Below the pieces are notes generated by a model that did not search any database, was not told where the DNA came from, and saw only the letters and a program-made list of their open reading frames with translations. The translations under genes and the position numbers were made by a program. From the NCBI GenBank assembly GCA_965223845.1, contig CBDCXR010000004.1:3136001-3200000 (forward strand): DNA of 64,000 nt. Reading direction: 5' to 3'. Positions 38,031 to 47,739 of this stretch are shown one piece after another (within the stretch, counting starts at the first letter, position 1; each line of letters starts with the position of its first letter). Origin of the DNA: Planctomycetota bacterium. Lineage in GTDB: Bacteria; Planctomycetota; UBA8108; SXIK01.

Positions 38031-38144
38031 GTCATCGCGACCGTAACAATGCGGCGAACGCTTTGGCGAAACTGTGCCCGCACCGATTTCCTCCCGGTCG
38101 GTGCGGCGAGTAGGTGGTGCGGACCGTGACCGTCGAACCGGATT

Positions 38145-39746
38145 CTACGGACGCGCCGATACTCTCTCCCACAGCCGTCGACCCGCGACGTCGGGAGAGA
38201 GCCCGTCGACTTCGACCCACCGGTTCGCTTCGCGCATGGTGCGGGCGTCGATCCGATTCACGAGCTCGAGGAGCGCATTGACGAGCGCGACGTTCCCCGC
38301 CGCCCGCGGCGAAACGAGAACGATCGCGTCATACGGCGGGAAGATCCCGCGCGGATCCTCGAGAACGACGAAGTCGTACGCGTCGATGCGTCCGTCCGTC
38401 GAATACGCGGTGGCGACGTCGACCTGCCGATCGCGCACGGCGTCGTAGAGGAAGACTGCCTGCATCCCGACGGTTCCGATCCTCTCGAGGCCGTACGCGT
38501 CGCGGACGCGAGTCCACTCGGGTCGGCCGAACACTTCTGGATCTCCGCCGACCTTCAGCTCCGCCGCGTGAGGCGCGAGCTCCGCGATCGTCCTCACTCC
38601 GAGCTCCGCCGCTCGATCGCGGCGCATGACGAGGCTGTAGGCATTCTCGAAGCCGAGCGAGCCGACGCAGAGGACTCCGTGGGTCTCACGGAGGTACTTC
38701 GCGACCTCGATCTGAACGTCGAGACGCGACGCGGCGTCCTCGCGCTTCATGAGGGTCGCCCAAATCGTCCCCGAGTAGTCGACGTAGACGTCCACGGTGC
38801 TCTGCGCGAGCGCGTCGAAGAGAATCGTCGAACCCATGTTCGGACGGTTGTCCACCTCGGCACCGCGGGACTCGAGATGCGCTTCGAGCAGCTCGGCGAG
38901 GAGGTAACTCTCGGCGAAGGGCTTCGAACCCGTAACGATCCGAGTTCCCGCGAGTGTCTTCTCGGCGGAGACGGTATCGGAATCATCTCGAGCGGCGCGG
39001 TCGGCGACTCGCCCGTCGGGCGATCGCGCGGCGCCGAACGACGCGAGGCTCGGCCAGACGCCGATCACGAGGAGGACGCCGATCGCGACGAGAGCCGTCG
39101 ACACCAAACTCCGCCGTCGCGTTTCGAGTCCGCGCTCGAGCAGACGAATGAGTCCATCGAGGATCACCGCGAGGAGTGCGGCGCAGACGCACCCGAAGGT
39201 CGTCGCGACGTGGTTGCGCGTCTGCAGCCCGAGAAAAATGTACGTCCCGAGACCCTGCGCCCCGACGGCGGTCGCGAGCGTCGTCATGCCGACCACCCAC
39301 ACCGCCGCCGTGCGCACTCCCGCGACGATCACGGGCGCGGCGAGTGGCAATCGCACCTTGAGAAGTACTTGGCGCTCGGTCATTCCGAGTCCGCGCGCCG
39401 CCTCGACGAGCGTCGGATCCGTGCCGCTCACACCGGCGACGGTGTTTCGCAGCATCGGCAGAACGCTGTAGAGAACGAGAGCCACGAACGCGGGAAAGAA
39501 CCCGATCGTTCCACCGAGGATCGGCACCATGAGTGCGAGGAGCGCGAGGCTCGGGATCGTCTGGAGAATGCCCGCGATCGAGAGAGCGATGACGCGCCAG
39601 CGCGCGGAGCGAGCGCAAACGACACCGAGCGGGAGACTGATGCTCGCCCCCACTCCGAGCGAGCACACCGAGAGGAGGAGGTGGCCGCTGAGGAGCACGG
39701 GGAGCTCGTCGAACTGCTCGAGCACTCTCTGCACGATCTCGTTCAC
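38145..39746 (-). CDS. ABC transporter permease fused to a quaternary-amine substrate-binding domain (OpuCB/EgtU-like)
   Basis: QTIPSLALL and EAARGLGM (EAA motif); binding domain GSKPFAES, YVDYSGT, FENAYSL, AYSTDGRI, FPPYDA. Confidence 0.9.
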   Translation of the reverse strand: MNEIVQRVLEQFDELPVLLSGHLLLSVCSLGVGASISLPLGVVCARSARWRVIALSIAGILQTIPSLALLALMVPILGGTIGFFPAFVALVLYSVLPMLRNTVAGVSGTDPTLVEAARGLGMTERQVLLKVRLPLAAPVIVAGVRTAAVWVVGMTTLATAVGAQGLGTYIFLGLQTRNHVATTFGCVCAALLAVILDGLIRLLERGLETRRRSLVSTALVAIGVLLVIGVWPSLASFGAARSPDGRVADRAARDDSDTVSAEKTLAGTRIVTGSKPFAESYLLAELLEAHLESRGAEVDNRPNMGSTILFDALAQSTVDVYVDYSGTIWATLMKREDAASRLDVQIEVAKYLRETHGVLCVGSLGFENAYSLVMRRDRAAELGVRTIAELAPHAAELKVGGDPEVFGRPEWTRVRDAYGLERIGTVGMQAVFLYDAVRDRQVDVATAYSTDGRIDAYDFVVLEDPRGIFPPYDAIVLVSPRAAGNVALVNALLELVNRIDARTMREANRWVEVDGLSPDVAGRRLWERVSARP

Positions 39747-40540
39747 GCGTTTTCGCTGCCTCCGCCGGACGCGGATTCCGACAATCGATCGACGTCGCGA
39801 GCCTGCCGCTTCGGTGTCGCGAGAAGGCGCTCCACGTACGCCTCGGCCGGTCGGTGAAGAATCTCCCGGGGAGTTCCGGTTTGCAGGAGACGGCCCGCGC
39901 GCATCACCGCGATGCGATCGGCGAGGAGGAGCGCCTCCGTCATGTCGTGAGTCACGAGCACGGCGGTGAGGGACAGTCGACTCTGGAGCGCCTTGAACTC
40001 CTGCTGGAGCTCGTCCCGCGTCACCGGGTCGAGCGCGCCGAACGGCTCATCGAGAAGGACGACGCTGGGACTTCCCGCGAGCGCGCGGGCGAATCCGACT
40101 CGCTGCTTCTCGCCGCCGGAGAGTTCTCTCACGCTGCGCGCGCCGTACTTCGCTGGATCGAGCTTCACGAGCTCGAGGAGCTCGCGGACGCGATCCTCGG
40201 CCTGGGCGCTCGTCCAGCGCTTGAGATCCGGAACGATGCGAACATTCTCGCGGACGGTGAGATGGGGGAACAAGCCCGCGCCCTGAATCACCCAACCGAT
40301 CGAGCGCCGGAGCTCGACGGCGTCGCGCTCGCACACGTTCGCGCCGGCCACGCGCACCACGCCTCGGTCCGGCTCGACGAGCCGGTTGATCATTTTGAGA
40401 ATGGTCGTCTTTCCCGAGCCGGACTCCCCGAGAATCGCGACGAGCTCACCGCGCTGGACGCTCAAGCTGACATCGTCCACCGCGAAGGAACGACCGCCGT
40501 CGAAGGACTTCGTCACTCGTTCGACGGTGATCTCGGCCAT
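39743..40540 (-). CDS. ABC transporter ATP-binding protein (OpuCA/EgtV-like, no CBS domains)
   Basis: GESGSGKT, LKMINRL, LSGGEKQR, LLDEPFGALDP, VTHD. Confidence 0.92.
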   Translation of the reverse strand: MAEITVERVTKSFDGGRSFAVDDVSLSVQRGELVAILGESGSGKTTILKMINRLVEPDRGVVRVAGANVCERDAVELRRSIGWVIQGAGLFPHLTVRENVRIVPDLKRWTSAQAEDRVRELLELVKLDPAKYGARSVRELSGGEKQRVGFARALAGSPSVVLLDEPFGALDPVTRDELQQEFKALQSRLSLTAVLVTHDMTEALLLADRIAVMRAGRLLQTGTPREILHRPAEAYVERLLATPKRQARDVDRLSESASGGGSENA

Positions 40541-40552
40541 CGGCCCTCTAGC

Positions 40553-41836
40553 TCAGACGTCTCGCGCGAGACGGATCCCGCTGAATTGCCACCGCGCGGC
40601 GGCCGGGAAAAAATTGCGATACGTGGCGCGGAGATGAGATTGCGGCGATCCGCACGAACCGCCGCGAAGGACGAACTGATTGCACATGAACTTGCCGTTG
40701 TACTCGCCGAGCGCTCCCTCGGCGGGAGCGTATCCGGGATAAGCCGTATACGGACTCCCAGTCCATTCCCACAGATCGCCGAAGAGCGAGCTCGGGCGGG
40801 AGGGATCGCGCTTCGGGCTCGCCGGAAGCGGATGGAGCGCGCGCGACTCGAGAAAGTTCCCGTCGACCGGCACCGGAGCCGCGACGATCTCCCACTCGTC
40901 CTCCCGCGGAAGGCGGGCTCCCGCCCACCGCGCGTACGCGTCGGCTTCGTAGAAGCTGACATGGCAGACCGGCTCATCGCATCGGAGCGGTCGCTCTCCC
41001 GCGAGCGTGAAAACGTGCCAGCCGCCGATCGCATCGCGATTCCAGTAGAGCGGATGGCGCCACCCTTCCGACTGCACCGTCGCCCACCCGTCCGAGAGCC
41101 AGTGTCGAGCGTCTTCGTAACCACCGGCTTCGACGAACTCGAGGTACTCGCCGCACGTCACGAGTCGATCGGCCATGCGGAAGGGGTGGACGTGCCGGCG
41201 ATGCCGCGGCGACTCGTTGTCGTAGCCGAAGCCGTCTCCGTCGTCGCGGCCGATCTCCGCGTTTCCGCCGGGATGCTCGAGCCACCGGATCCCCCCGACG
41301 GGGGCCGCGACATCACCGGCTCGATCTTCGCGATACGCAGGCCGGAGCGGATTCAGCGACAAGAGATGCTTCACGTCGGTGAGGATCAGCTCCTGGTGCT
41401 GCTGCTCGTGGTGAAAACCGAGCTCGACGCGGGCGGCGACGTCACTCGCTCGCTCGTGGTCGGGCAAGCGTTCGAAGAACTGGAGGAGAGCGCGATCGAC
41501 GTGATGACGATAGTCGAGTACCTCCGCGAGCGACGGCCGTGTCATGAGGCCGCGCTGAGGTCGAGGAATCCGCTCTCCGACCGTTTCGTAGTACGAATTA
41601 AAAAGGAGATCGGTGCTCGCGTCCCAGCGCTCATAGCCATCGCAGAGCTCGAGCAGCACGAACGTCTCGAAGAACCACGTCGTGTGCGCGAGATGCCACT
41701 TCACCGGACTCGCGCACTCCATCGACTGCGCTTGGCAGTCTTCGGGACCGAGCGGCGACGCGAGCGCCTCCGTCTCCTCGCGTACGTGACGGTACGCGCT
41801 CTCGACCGAGGTGGTGACCGCCGAAGAAACGATCAT
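40553..41836 (-). CDS. egtB: Ergothioneine biosynthesis sulfoxide synthase EgtB (DinB + FGE-like domains)
   Basis: WHLAHTTWFFETF, FNSYY, RPQR, HHEQQHQELILTD, HVSFYEADAYARWAG, EYNGKFM, YRNFF...RWQFSG. Confidence 0.95.
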   Translation of the reverse strand: MIVSSAVTTSVESAYRHVREETEALASPLGPEDCQAQSMECASPVKWHLAHTTWFFETFVLLELCDGYERWDASTDLLFNSYYETVGERIPRPQRGLMTRPSLAEVLDYRHHVDRALLQFFERLPDHERASDVAARVELGFHHEQQHQELILTDVKHLLSLNPLRPAYREDRAGDVAAPVGGIRWLEHPGGNAEIGRDDGDGFGYDNESPRHRRHVHPFRMADRLVTCGEYLEFVEAGGYEDARHWLSDGWATVQSEGWRHPLYWNRDAIGGWHVFTLAGERPLRCDEPVCHVSFYEADAYARWAGARLPREDEWEIVAAPVPVDGNFLESRALHPLPASPKRDPSRPSSLFGDLWEWTGSPYTAYPGYAPAEGALGEYNGKFMCNQFVLRGGSCGSPQSHLRATYRNFFPAAARWQFSGIRLARDV

Positions 41837-42834
41837 CCCGTGCTCTCCGCAGCTCCGTCGACCTCGAAATAACGGACGCTGAATAGGTCATCCTCGTCGC
41901 ACCACGTCTCCACTTCGCGGAGTCCGGCCCGCGCCGCGAGCTTTGCGAACCTCCGGTGCGAGTACTTGTGAGAGTATTCCGTGATCACGTATTCCCCCCG
42001 CTCGATCGAAAAGTCTTCCTTCGCGACCCGGATCGACTGATCGCAGCGACTGACGAGACGCATCTCGATGCGCTCTGCCTCGTGGTCGTACACCGCGCGG
42101 TGCTCGAAGCGATCTTCGTCGATGTCGGCGCCGAGCTCGCGATTGAGGACTCGCAGGATGTTCTTATTGAATCGAGCCGTGACTCCGGCAGAGTCATTGT
42201 AGGCGGCCGAGATCACGTCCGGGCATTTGACGAGATCGACGCCGACGAGAACACCGCCGTCATCGCCCGCGACGTCCGCCAGATTTCGGAGAATCTGCTC
42301 GGCTTCTTCTTCTTCGAAGTTGCCGATGGTCGATCCGGGAAAGAACGCGACCCGGCGGCGCGTTTCCGGGGGAAGTTCCGGGATGTCGATCGCGCCGGTG
42401 AAATCGCCTTCCACGGGAACGACTTCGAGCTCGGGATAGCTCTCCTGAAGATCGCTTGCAGCACTTTCGAGGTGAGTTCCCGAGACGTCGATCGGCACAA
42501 AGCAAGCGACTTCGTCGAGAGCGTCGAGGAGGTAGCGCACCTTGACGCAGGAGCCCGCCCCCGGCTCGATCAGCGCCGCTCCCGGTCCGATGCGGTCCGC
42601 AATCTCTCCGGCGTTCGTGCGCAGGATCTCCGATTCGGCATCGGGGATGTAGTACTCGGGGAGATCGCAGATCTCGTCGAACAGCTTCGAACCGGTTTCG
42701 TCATAGAAGAGCTTCGACGGGAGTCGCTTCGGTTCGGAAGAGAGACCGTCCATCACTTCTTGAGCCGTTTCACGACAATCCCTGTCCGACTCGCCTAGGT
42801 CGAGTTCGACTCCATCGCTTCGCTTACTACGCAT
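41833..42834 (-). CDS. egtD: L-histidine N-alpha-trimethyltransferase EgtD
   Basis: KRLPSKLFYDETGSKLFDEICDLPEYY, FPGSTIGNF, AYNDSAGVTARFN, EYSHKY. Confidence 0.95.
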   Translation of the reverse strand: MRSKRSDGVELDLGESDRDCRETAQEVMDGLSSEPKRLPSKLFYDETGSKLFDEICDLPEYYIPDAESEILRTNAGEIADRIGPGAALIEPGAGSCVKVRYLLDALDEVACFVPIDVSGTHLESAASDLQESYPELEVVPVEGDFTGAIDIPELPPETRRRVAFFPGSTIGNFEEEEAEQILRNLADVAGDDGGVLVGVDLVKCPDVISAAYNDSAGVTARFNKNILRVLNRELGADIDEDRFEHRAVYDHEAERIEMRLVSRCDQSIRVAKEDFSIERGEYVITEYSHKYSHRRFAKLAARAGLREVETWCDEDDLFSVRYFEVDGAAESTG

Positions 42835-42929
42835 CGATCCGGCCTTCCTGGAAAGAAATGTAAACTGAGTCCAACACTGCCCCTCGGTACCTCGAGTTCA
42901 AACGGCGTCGCAGCGGTAGCACGGGACCG

Positions 42930-44036
42930 TCAGAACGAAATGGATTCCTCGAACCTGACGAGTGCCTCGGGGAAGCCGTAGTGCCCGAACCCGATCCGGA
43001 CGTGGTCGTCCGGCGCCTCGAAAAGCGGCGACGGCAGCGCCATGACGCCCGACCGGGCGAGCGCGCGGTCGCAGAGCGCGCTCGCGCTCTCCCCGAGAAC
43101 TCGGGCGAAGCCGACGGTCCCCGCCGCGGGTGCAGTCCACGAAAACTGGGTGGAGCGTCGCGACAGGAACGCCTCGAACCTCTCGACATTTTTCCCGACG
43201 AGCTCGCGGCGCTCGGGGAGGATCGCGCCGTGAGCTCGGAGCGCGATCGCGCCGAGGAGCTCACAGACCGGCGACGACACCGCGGACGTCGCGCAGCGGA
43301 GACGACGGACTCTCTGAACGAACTCGCGATCGCGCGACACGATCCAACCGAGTCGAATTCCAGCGAGACCGAACGTCTTCGATAGGCTAGAGACGACGAC
43401 CCCGCGTTCGTCGGCGTCGACCACCGACGGCAGCCGCGGACATCCCGCGGGCTCGATTCCACGAAACACCTCGTCGCAAAAGACGCGCACACGACGAGCT
43501 CTCGCCGCGTCGAGGATCGCCGCGAACTCGTCCTCGGACGGCACCCAGCCCGTCGGGTTGTGTGGAATGTTGAGAATGAGGAGGCGAGTTTCGTGACGAA
43601 ACAACGGTTCGAGGCCCCCCGCCGTCCAGCTCCACTCCACCCCGCCGTCGGGCATCCATTCGGAAACTTCGCACCCGATCGCCGACGCCCACGCGCTCAG
43701 CGGCGCGTACCGAGGGGTCGAGACGATCGCGTGGTCGCCGGGCCGAACCGCGGCCAGATTCGCGAGCATCAGCGCTTCGCTTCCCGGAACGACGACCACA
43801 TCGTTCTCGCTCACCGAGTCGTAGAGCGCCGCGACTTCCGCGCGCAGCTCCTCACCGCCGCGCGCGTCGCCGTATCCGAGCGACAAGGACGCGAATCGCT
43901 CCCGATCGTCCGGTGTCCCGAGCGCTAGCAACGCTTCGAGACCCAGCGATTCACACTCCGAACTCGAGATCGAGTGGGAGAATTCCGTGCCTTCGTCGAA
44001 GAAGCGTTCAGCGATGTGGTGCCGCGGAAGATCCAT
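42930..44036 (-). CDS. PLP-dependent class I/II aminotransferase-fold enzyme
   Basis: PHNPTG, DEVF, SLSKTFGLAGIRLGW (PLP Lys), VRIGFG. Start revised to ATG 44036 to avoid overlap with the divergent SRPBCC gene. Confidence 0.85.
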   Translation of the reverse strand: MDLPRHHIAERFFDEGTEFSHSISSSECESLGLEALLALGTPDDRERFASLSLGYGDARGGEELRAEVAALYDSVSENDVVVVPGSEALMLANLAAVRPGDHAIVSTPRYAPLSAWASAIGCEVSEWMPDGGVEWSWTAGGLEPLFRHETRLLILNIPHNPTGWVPSEDEFAAILDAARARRVRVFCDEVFRGIEPAGCPRLPSVVDADERGVVVSSLSKTFGLAGIRLGWIVSRDREFVQRVRRLRCATSAVSSPVCELLGAIALRAHGAILPERRELVGKNVERFEAFLSRRSTQFSWTAPAAGTVGFARVLGESASALCDRALARSGVMALPSPLFEAPDDHVRIGFGHYGFPEALVRFEESISF

Positions 44037-44297
44037 GAGGCCCGTCGATCGAAACGAAGTCGGACGTCGCAGCGCGATCGCCGAAACGCGCAGCCACGCC
44101 GACGTGGATCCGCCTCTTGTACGCGGTTTCGCCCTACGATTCCACCCGCGAAGCAGATCGCCGGGAGAACTCCCGCTTGCGGCCGTCCGCGGACAATCGA
44201 GACGCTCATTGAAATCCCGCCGGATCGTGAGCACCATGGCAGTCTCGCGTACGTAGACCTCGATTCCTGACCAGCGGATGCCGATGGAGGGTAGGCG

Positions 44298-44756
44298 ATG
44301 CGGAACGAAGGCAGCATCGAGATCGACCGTCCGATCGCGGAAGTGTTCGAGTACACGAACCACAACGTCGCCGACTGGAGCCTCGTCGTCGTCGAAGACG
44401 AGGGAGTCAAGCAGACACCCGAGGGCGTCGGTTCGACCTTCCGCATTGTCACCGAGGACCGCGGACGGAGGATGGAGTTCGAGGGCGTCGTAACGAAGTG
44501 GGATCCCCCGCGTGCCTCGACGGTTTTGATGCGAAACGCGCAGTTCGACATAGAAGCGGCTTACCGGTTCGAGGAGCTCTCACGAGACCAAACGCGCGTC
44601 ACGCAGACCGCGAACGTCACGGCGAAAGGCTTCATGAAGATCATGATGTTCTGCCTCGGTTGGCTCGGGAAGAAGTCGAGCTGCCGCGCGCAGGAGAACG
44701 AGCTCGCGAATCTGAAGCGTCTCCTCGAAGAGAGGGCGAGCGCGACGGCGGAGTGA
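44298..44756 (+). CDS. SRPBCC (START-like) family protein
   Basis: GGAGG RBS; SIEIDRPIAEVFEY...W N-terminus, GVGSTF, C-terminal helix ELANLKRLLE. Confidence 0.85.
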   Translation: MRNEGSIEIDRPIAEVFEYTNHNVADWSLVVVEDEGVKQTPEGVGSTFRIVTEDRGRRMEFEGVVTKWDPPRASTVLMRNAQFDIEAAYRFEELSRDQTRVTQTANVTAKGFMKIMMFCLGWLGKKSSCRAQENELANLKRLLEERASATAE

Positions 44757-44828
44757 CCGGATCGTCGGCCCGACGTCGACGAACGCGCCACCGAAGCCGC
44801 GTCTGAAAGGATCAACGAGATACCGCGG

Positions 44829-45746
44829 ATGTCGAGCGCCGAATCGTCCCGGGAGTTTTCGCTCCGCGGCATCGTCCCCCCTCTCGTCACGCCGCTCGCC
44901 GAACGCGATCGCATCGACGAGCCCGGCGCCACTCGACTCCTCGAGCACGTCATCGCGGGCGGTGTCACGGGAGTTTTCGTGCTCGGGACGACCGGTGAGG
45001 CGCCGAGCCTCAGCTACCGGCTGAGGCGCGAGTTCATCGAGCTCGTTTGCGCGACCGTCGGCGGACGGATCCCCGTCGTCGTCGGGGTGACGGACACCGC
45101 GTTTGTGGAGTCGATTCGGCTCGCGGGAATCGCGCACGACGCCGGAGCGAGCGCCGTCGTCCTCTCGACGCCCTACTATTTCCCCGCCGGCCAAACAGAG
45201 CTCCTTCACTACGTAAACCGCATCGCGGCCGAGCTACCGCTTCCACTCATCCTCTACAACATGCCGAGCCTCACGAAGGTGTGGTTCGAGATCGACTCGC
45301 TGCGCGAGCTCGCCGCGCTCGATTCGATCGTCGGCATCAAAGACAGCAGCGGCGATCTCGCGTACTTCGAGAGGCTCACCGCGCTCAAAGAGCTCCGGCC
45401 GGATTGGGAGATCCTCATCGGGCCCGAGCACCTCCTCGTCGAGTCGCTCTCTCTCGAGGGTGACGGCGGCGTTCACGGTGGAGCGAACATCTTCCCCGAG
45501 CTCTTCGTCGAGCTCTACCGCGCGGCAGTCGACGGCGACGCGTCGCGCTGTCGCGAGCTACAGGGAAAAGTCGGAGAACTGCAAGCGATCTACTCGATCG
45601 GCAAGTACGCGAGCCGCTTCATCAAGGCGACGAAGTGTGCGCTTTCGCTCAAGGGTATTTGCAGCGACCACATGGCGGAGCCGTTCGATCACTTTCTGCC
45701 GCCGGAGCGAGCGCGGGTGGCGACGATTCTCGAGCGACTTGCTTAA
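44829..45746 (+). CDS. Dihydrodipicolinate synthase / class I aldolase family protein
   Basis: [30 protein letters not shown] (Schiff-base Lys). Confidence 0.9.
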   Translation: MSSAESSREFSLRGIVPPLVTPLAERDRIDEPGATRLLEHVIAGGVTGVFVLGTTGEAPSLSYRLRREFIELVCATVGGRIPVVVGVTDTAFVESIRLAGIAHDAGASAVVLSTPYYFPAGQTELLHYVNRIAAELPLPLILYNMPSLTKVWFEIDSLRELAALDSIVGIKDSSGDLAYFERLTALKELRPDWEILIGPEHLLVESLSLEGDGGVHGGANIFPELFVELYRAAVDGDASRCRELQGKVGELQAIYSIGKYASRFIKATKCALSLKGICSDHMAEPFDHFLPPERARVATILERLA

Positions 45747-45748
45747 GA

Positions 45749-46050
45749 AGAAGTTTCACACGAAGGACGCGAAGAGCCGCGAAGGCAGACGAAGGGGGGA
45801 GAGGATTTGAGTGTGCGGGCTACGCATGTGGAAGGTTCAGAGTGTCTCGCTCGCTCACCGCGGAACAGTACGAAGTAGAGTCTTGGGATTCCGTCCACCC
45901 GCTTCATCCGTCCTGATGCGAGATCGGCGCGGGTGATGCACCGGGATCCGGTCACGCCACGGACGACCTCACGCCGCGACCGCTGTTCACCAAGAATCTC
46001 TCCTCTTCGTCTGCCTTCGCGGCTCTTCGCGTCCTTCGTGTGAAACTTCT
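45749..46050. repeat. Paired 46-bp perfect inverted-repeat element (REP/MITE-like) between convergent genes
   Basis: AGAAGTTTCACACGAAGGACGCGAAGAGCCGCGAAGGCAGACGAAG at 45749-45794 and its exact reverse complement at 46005-46050. Confidence 0.9.
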
Positions 46051-46064
46051 CCTCTGGGAGCCTT

Positions 46065-47537
46065 CTAACGCCGCGGCCTCACCGCCGGAGGATGCGCCGC
46101 GAGCTTCGCGCGCAGCTCCGCCATCACCTCAGGCCGTACGCCGGCGAGGTTCTTCGTCTCGAGCGGATCGTCCTCGTAGTCGTAGAGTTCGTATTCGATT
46201 TCGGCGCTTCCGTCCCACGTCTTCCACTCGACGAGTCGATAGCGCTGCGTTCGGATCGCGCGGCCGAGCCGATTCCTTCCGCGCGGATAGCAGTGGTAGA
46301 CGTGATCGCGTACGCTCTGGGTAGGATCCTTCAGGATCGAGACCAGGCTTCGGCCATCGATGGGCTGCGTACCTTTCGGCACTGGCAGTCCCGCGAGCCC
46401 CGCGAGCGTCGGATACAGGTCGACCGACTCGACGAGTGCGCGAGTGCTCGTCCCGGCCTTCGTGACGCCGGGAGCGACGACGAGGATCGGGATGCGATTC
46501 GCCTCCTCGTAGTTCGTGTGCTTCGTCCAGGCGCCGTGGTCGCCGAGGTGATAGCCATGATCGCCCCAGAGAACGACGACGGTGTTCTCTGTGAGCTCGA
46601 GGCGGTCGAGAGCATCGAGCACGCGACCGACCTGAGCGTCCATGTAGCTGAGCGACGCGTAATACCCATGAATCAGCGTCCGCGTGAGCTCCTCAGTGAG
46701 CGGAGGTCTCGCGGGCACCGGTTTGTATTGGTTGAGCTCGCCGAGTGTCTTCCCCGCGTAGGGCGGTGCACCCTGGGGTGGACGCGTGAACTTCGCGAGC
46801 GGCAGCGACTCCGGCGAGTAGAGCTTCCAGTACTTTTCCGGCGCACAGAATGGAAGGTGCGGCTTCGTGAATCCCAGCGCGAGAAAGAACCGCGTCCCCG
46901 ACTGTTTGTATTTCTCAAGCCGGCGGATTCCCTCCGACGCGATGCGTCCGTCGGCGTACGCGTCATCGGAGACGCCGGCGCGTTCCCACGCCGCTCCGCG
47001 GGGGAGTCCTCGCGCCGGCCGATTGCTGAAGAGGGCTTCTTCGCGCGTCAGCTCTCCGTCCGTGCTCTCGGGGAGGACGTAGTCGATCACCTTGTCCGGC
47101 TGAAACGGGACGCTCCACGAATGTTCGTCGTTCACGTTCCCGTGCCCGATGTGAAACACCTTGCCGATTCCGGCGGCGTGGTAGCCGTGCCTCTTGAAGA
47201 GCTGAGGCAGCGTAACCGTATCCGGCACGGCTCGACGGAAGTGGTAGCCGAGGCTGTACACCCCGGTCGAGGTCGACCGCGAGGACGTCAAAAGATGATT
47301 CCGCGACGGCGCGCACACCGCTTGGTTGCAGTAAGCGGCATCGAAGCGCAGCCCGCGGGCGGCGAGACGATCGAGGTTCGGCGAGTGCACCCACGCCTCA
47401 CCGTACGCTCCGAACGACGGTTTCAGATCGTCGACGAGGAGGAGAAGGACGTTCGGACGCGCGCTTTCCGATGCCGGAGCCGCAGTGCACGTTCCGACGA
47501 CGAGCAGGAATACGATCAGAAGCTTCATTCCAGCCAT
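46065..47537 (-). CDS. Sulfatase (iduronate-2-sulfatase-like, Cys-type)
   Basis: RPNVLLLLVDDL, CAPSR, GKVFH, KPHLPF, WGDHGYHLG. Start revised to ATG 47537 (or 47528) before the signal peptide. Confidence 0.92.
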   Translation of the reverse strand: MAGMKLLIVFLLVVGTCTAAPASESARPNVLLLLVDDLKPSFGAYGEAWVHSPNLDRLAARGLRFDAAYCNQAVCAPSRNHLLTSSRSTSTGVYSLGYHFRRAVPDTVTLPQLFKRHGYHAAGIGKVFHIGHGNVNDEHSWSVPFQPDKVIDYVLPESTDGELTREEALFSNRPARGLPRGAAWERAGVSDDAYADGRIASEGIRRLEKYKQSGTRFFLALGFTKPHLPFCAPEKYWKLYSPESLPLAKFTRPPQGAPPYAGKTLGELNQYKPVPARPPLTEELTRTLIHGYYASLSYMDAQVGRVLDALDRLELTENTVVVLWGDHGYHLGDHGAWTKHTNYEEANRIPILVVAPGVTKAGTSTRALVESVDLYPTLAGLAGLPVPKGTQPIDGRSLVSILKDPTQSVRDHVYHCYPRGRNRLGRAIRTQRYRLVEWKTWDGSAEIEYELYDYEDDPLETKNLAGVRPEVMAELRAKLAAHPPAVRPRR

Positions 47538-47739
47538 TCGCGTTCCTTCAACGGATCGACAGTATTCTCGCGACCGAGTTTGGACGAGCGAGACAAATCT
47601 CGGCGCCGGCTTCCCCCGATCCGCGGCCAAAGCGGCTATCATGGGCGGCCGTGTCGACCGGTACGATGTCAGGACGCCGCCGCGGCTCCGTGTTCCATCG
47701 AGTCGACGCCACTCCTTTCGCTCTCGCTGGACCGCTACC

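Noticed and set aside
40553-41836. EgtB homologue as SenA (selenoneine) or OvoA (ovothiol)
   Set aside because: No adjacent glycosyltransferase or selenophosphate synthetase, no C-terminal methyltransferase domain, and egtD is directly upstream.
44037-44363. N-terminal 109 aa of the aminotransferase ORF
   Set aside because: Overlaps the divergent SRPBCC gene start and the likely promoter region; the sequence is not protein-like.
31965-46050. CGAAG-periodic repeats as a possible CRISPR array
   Set aside because: The copies are inverted pairs about 14 kb apart rather than direct repeats with regular spacers, and no cas genes are present.
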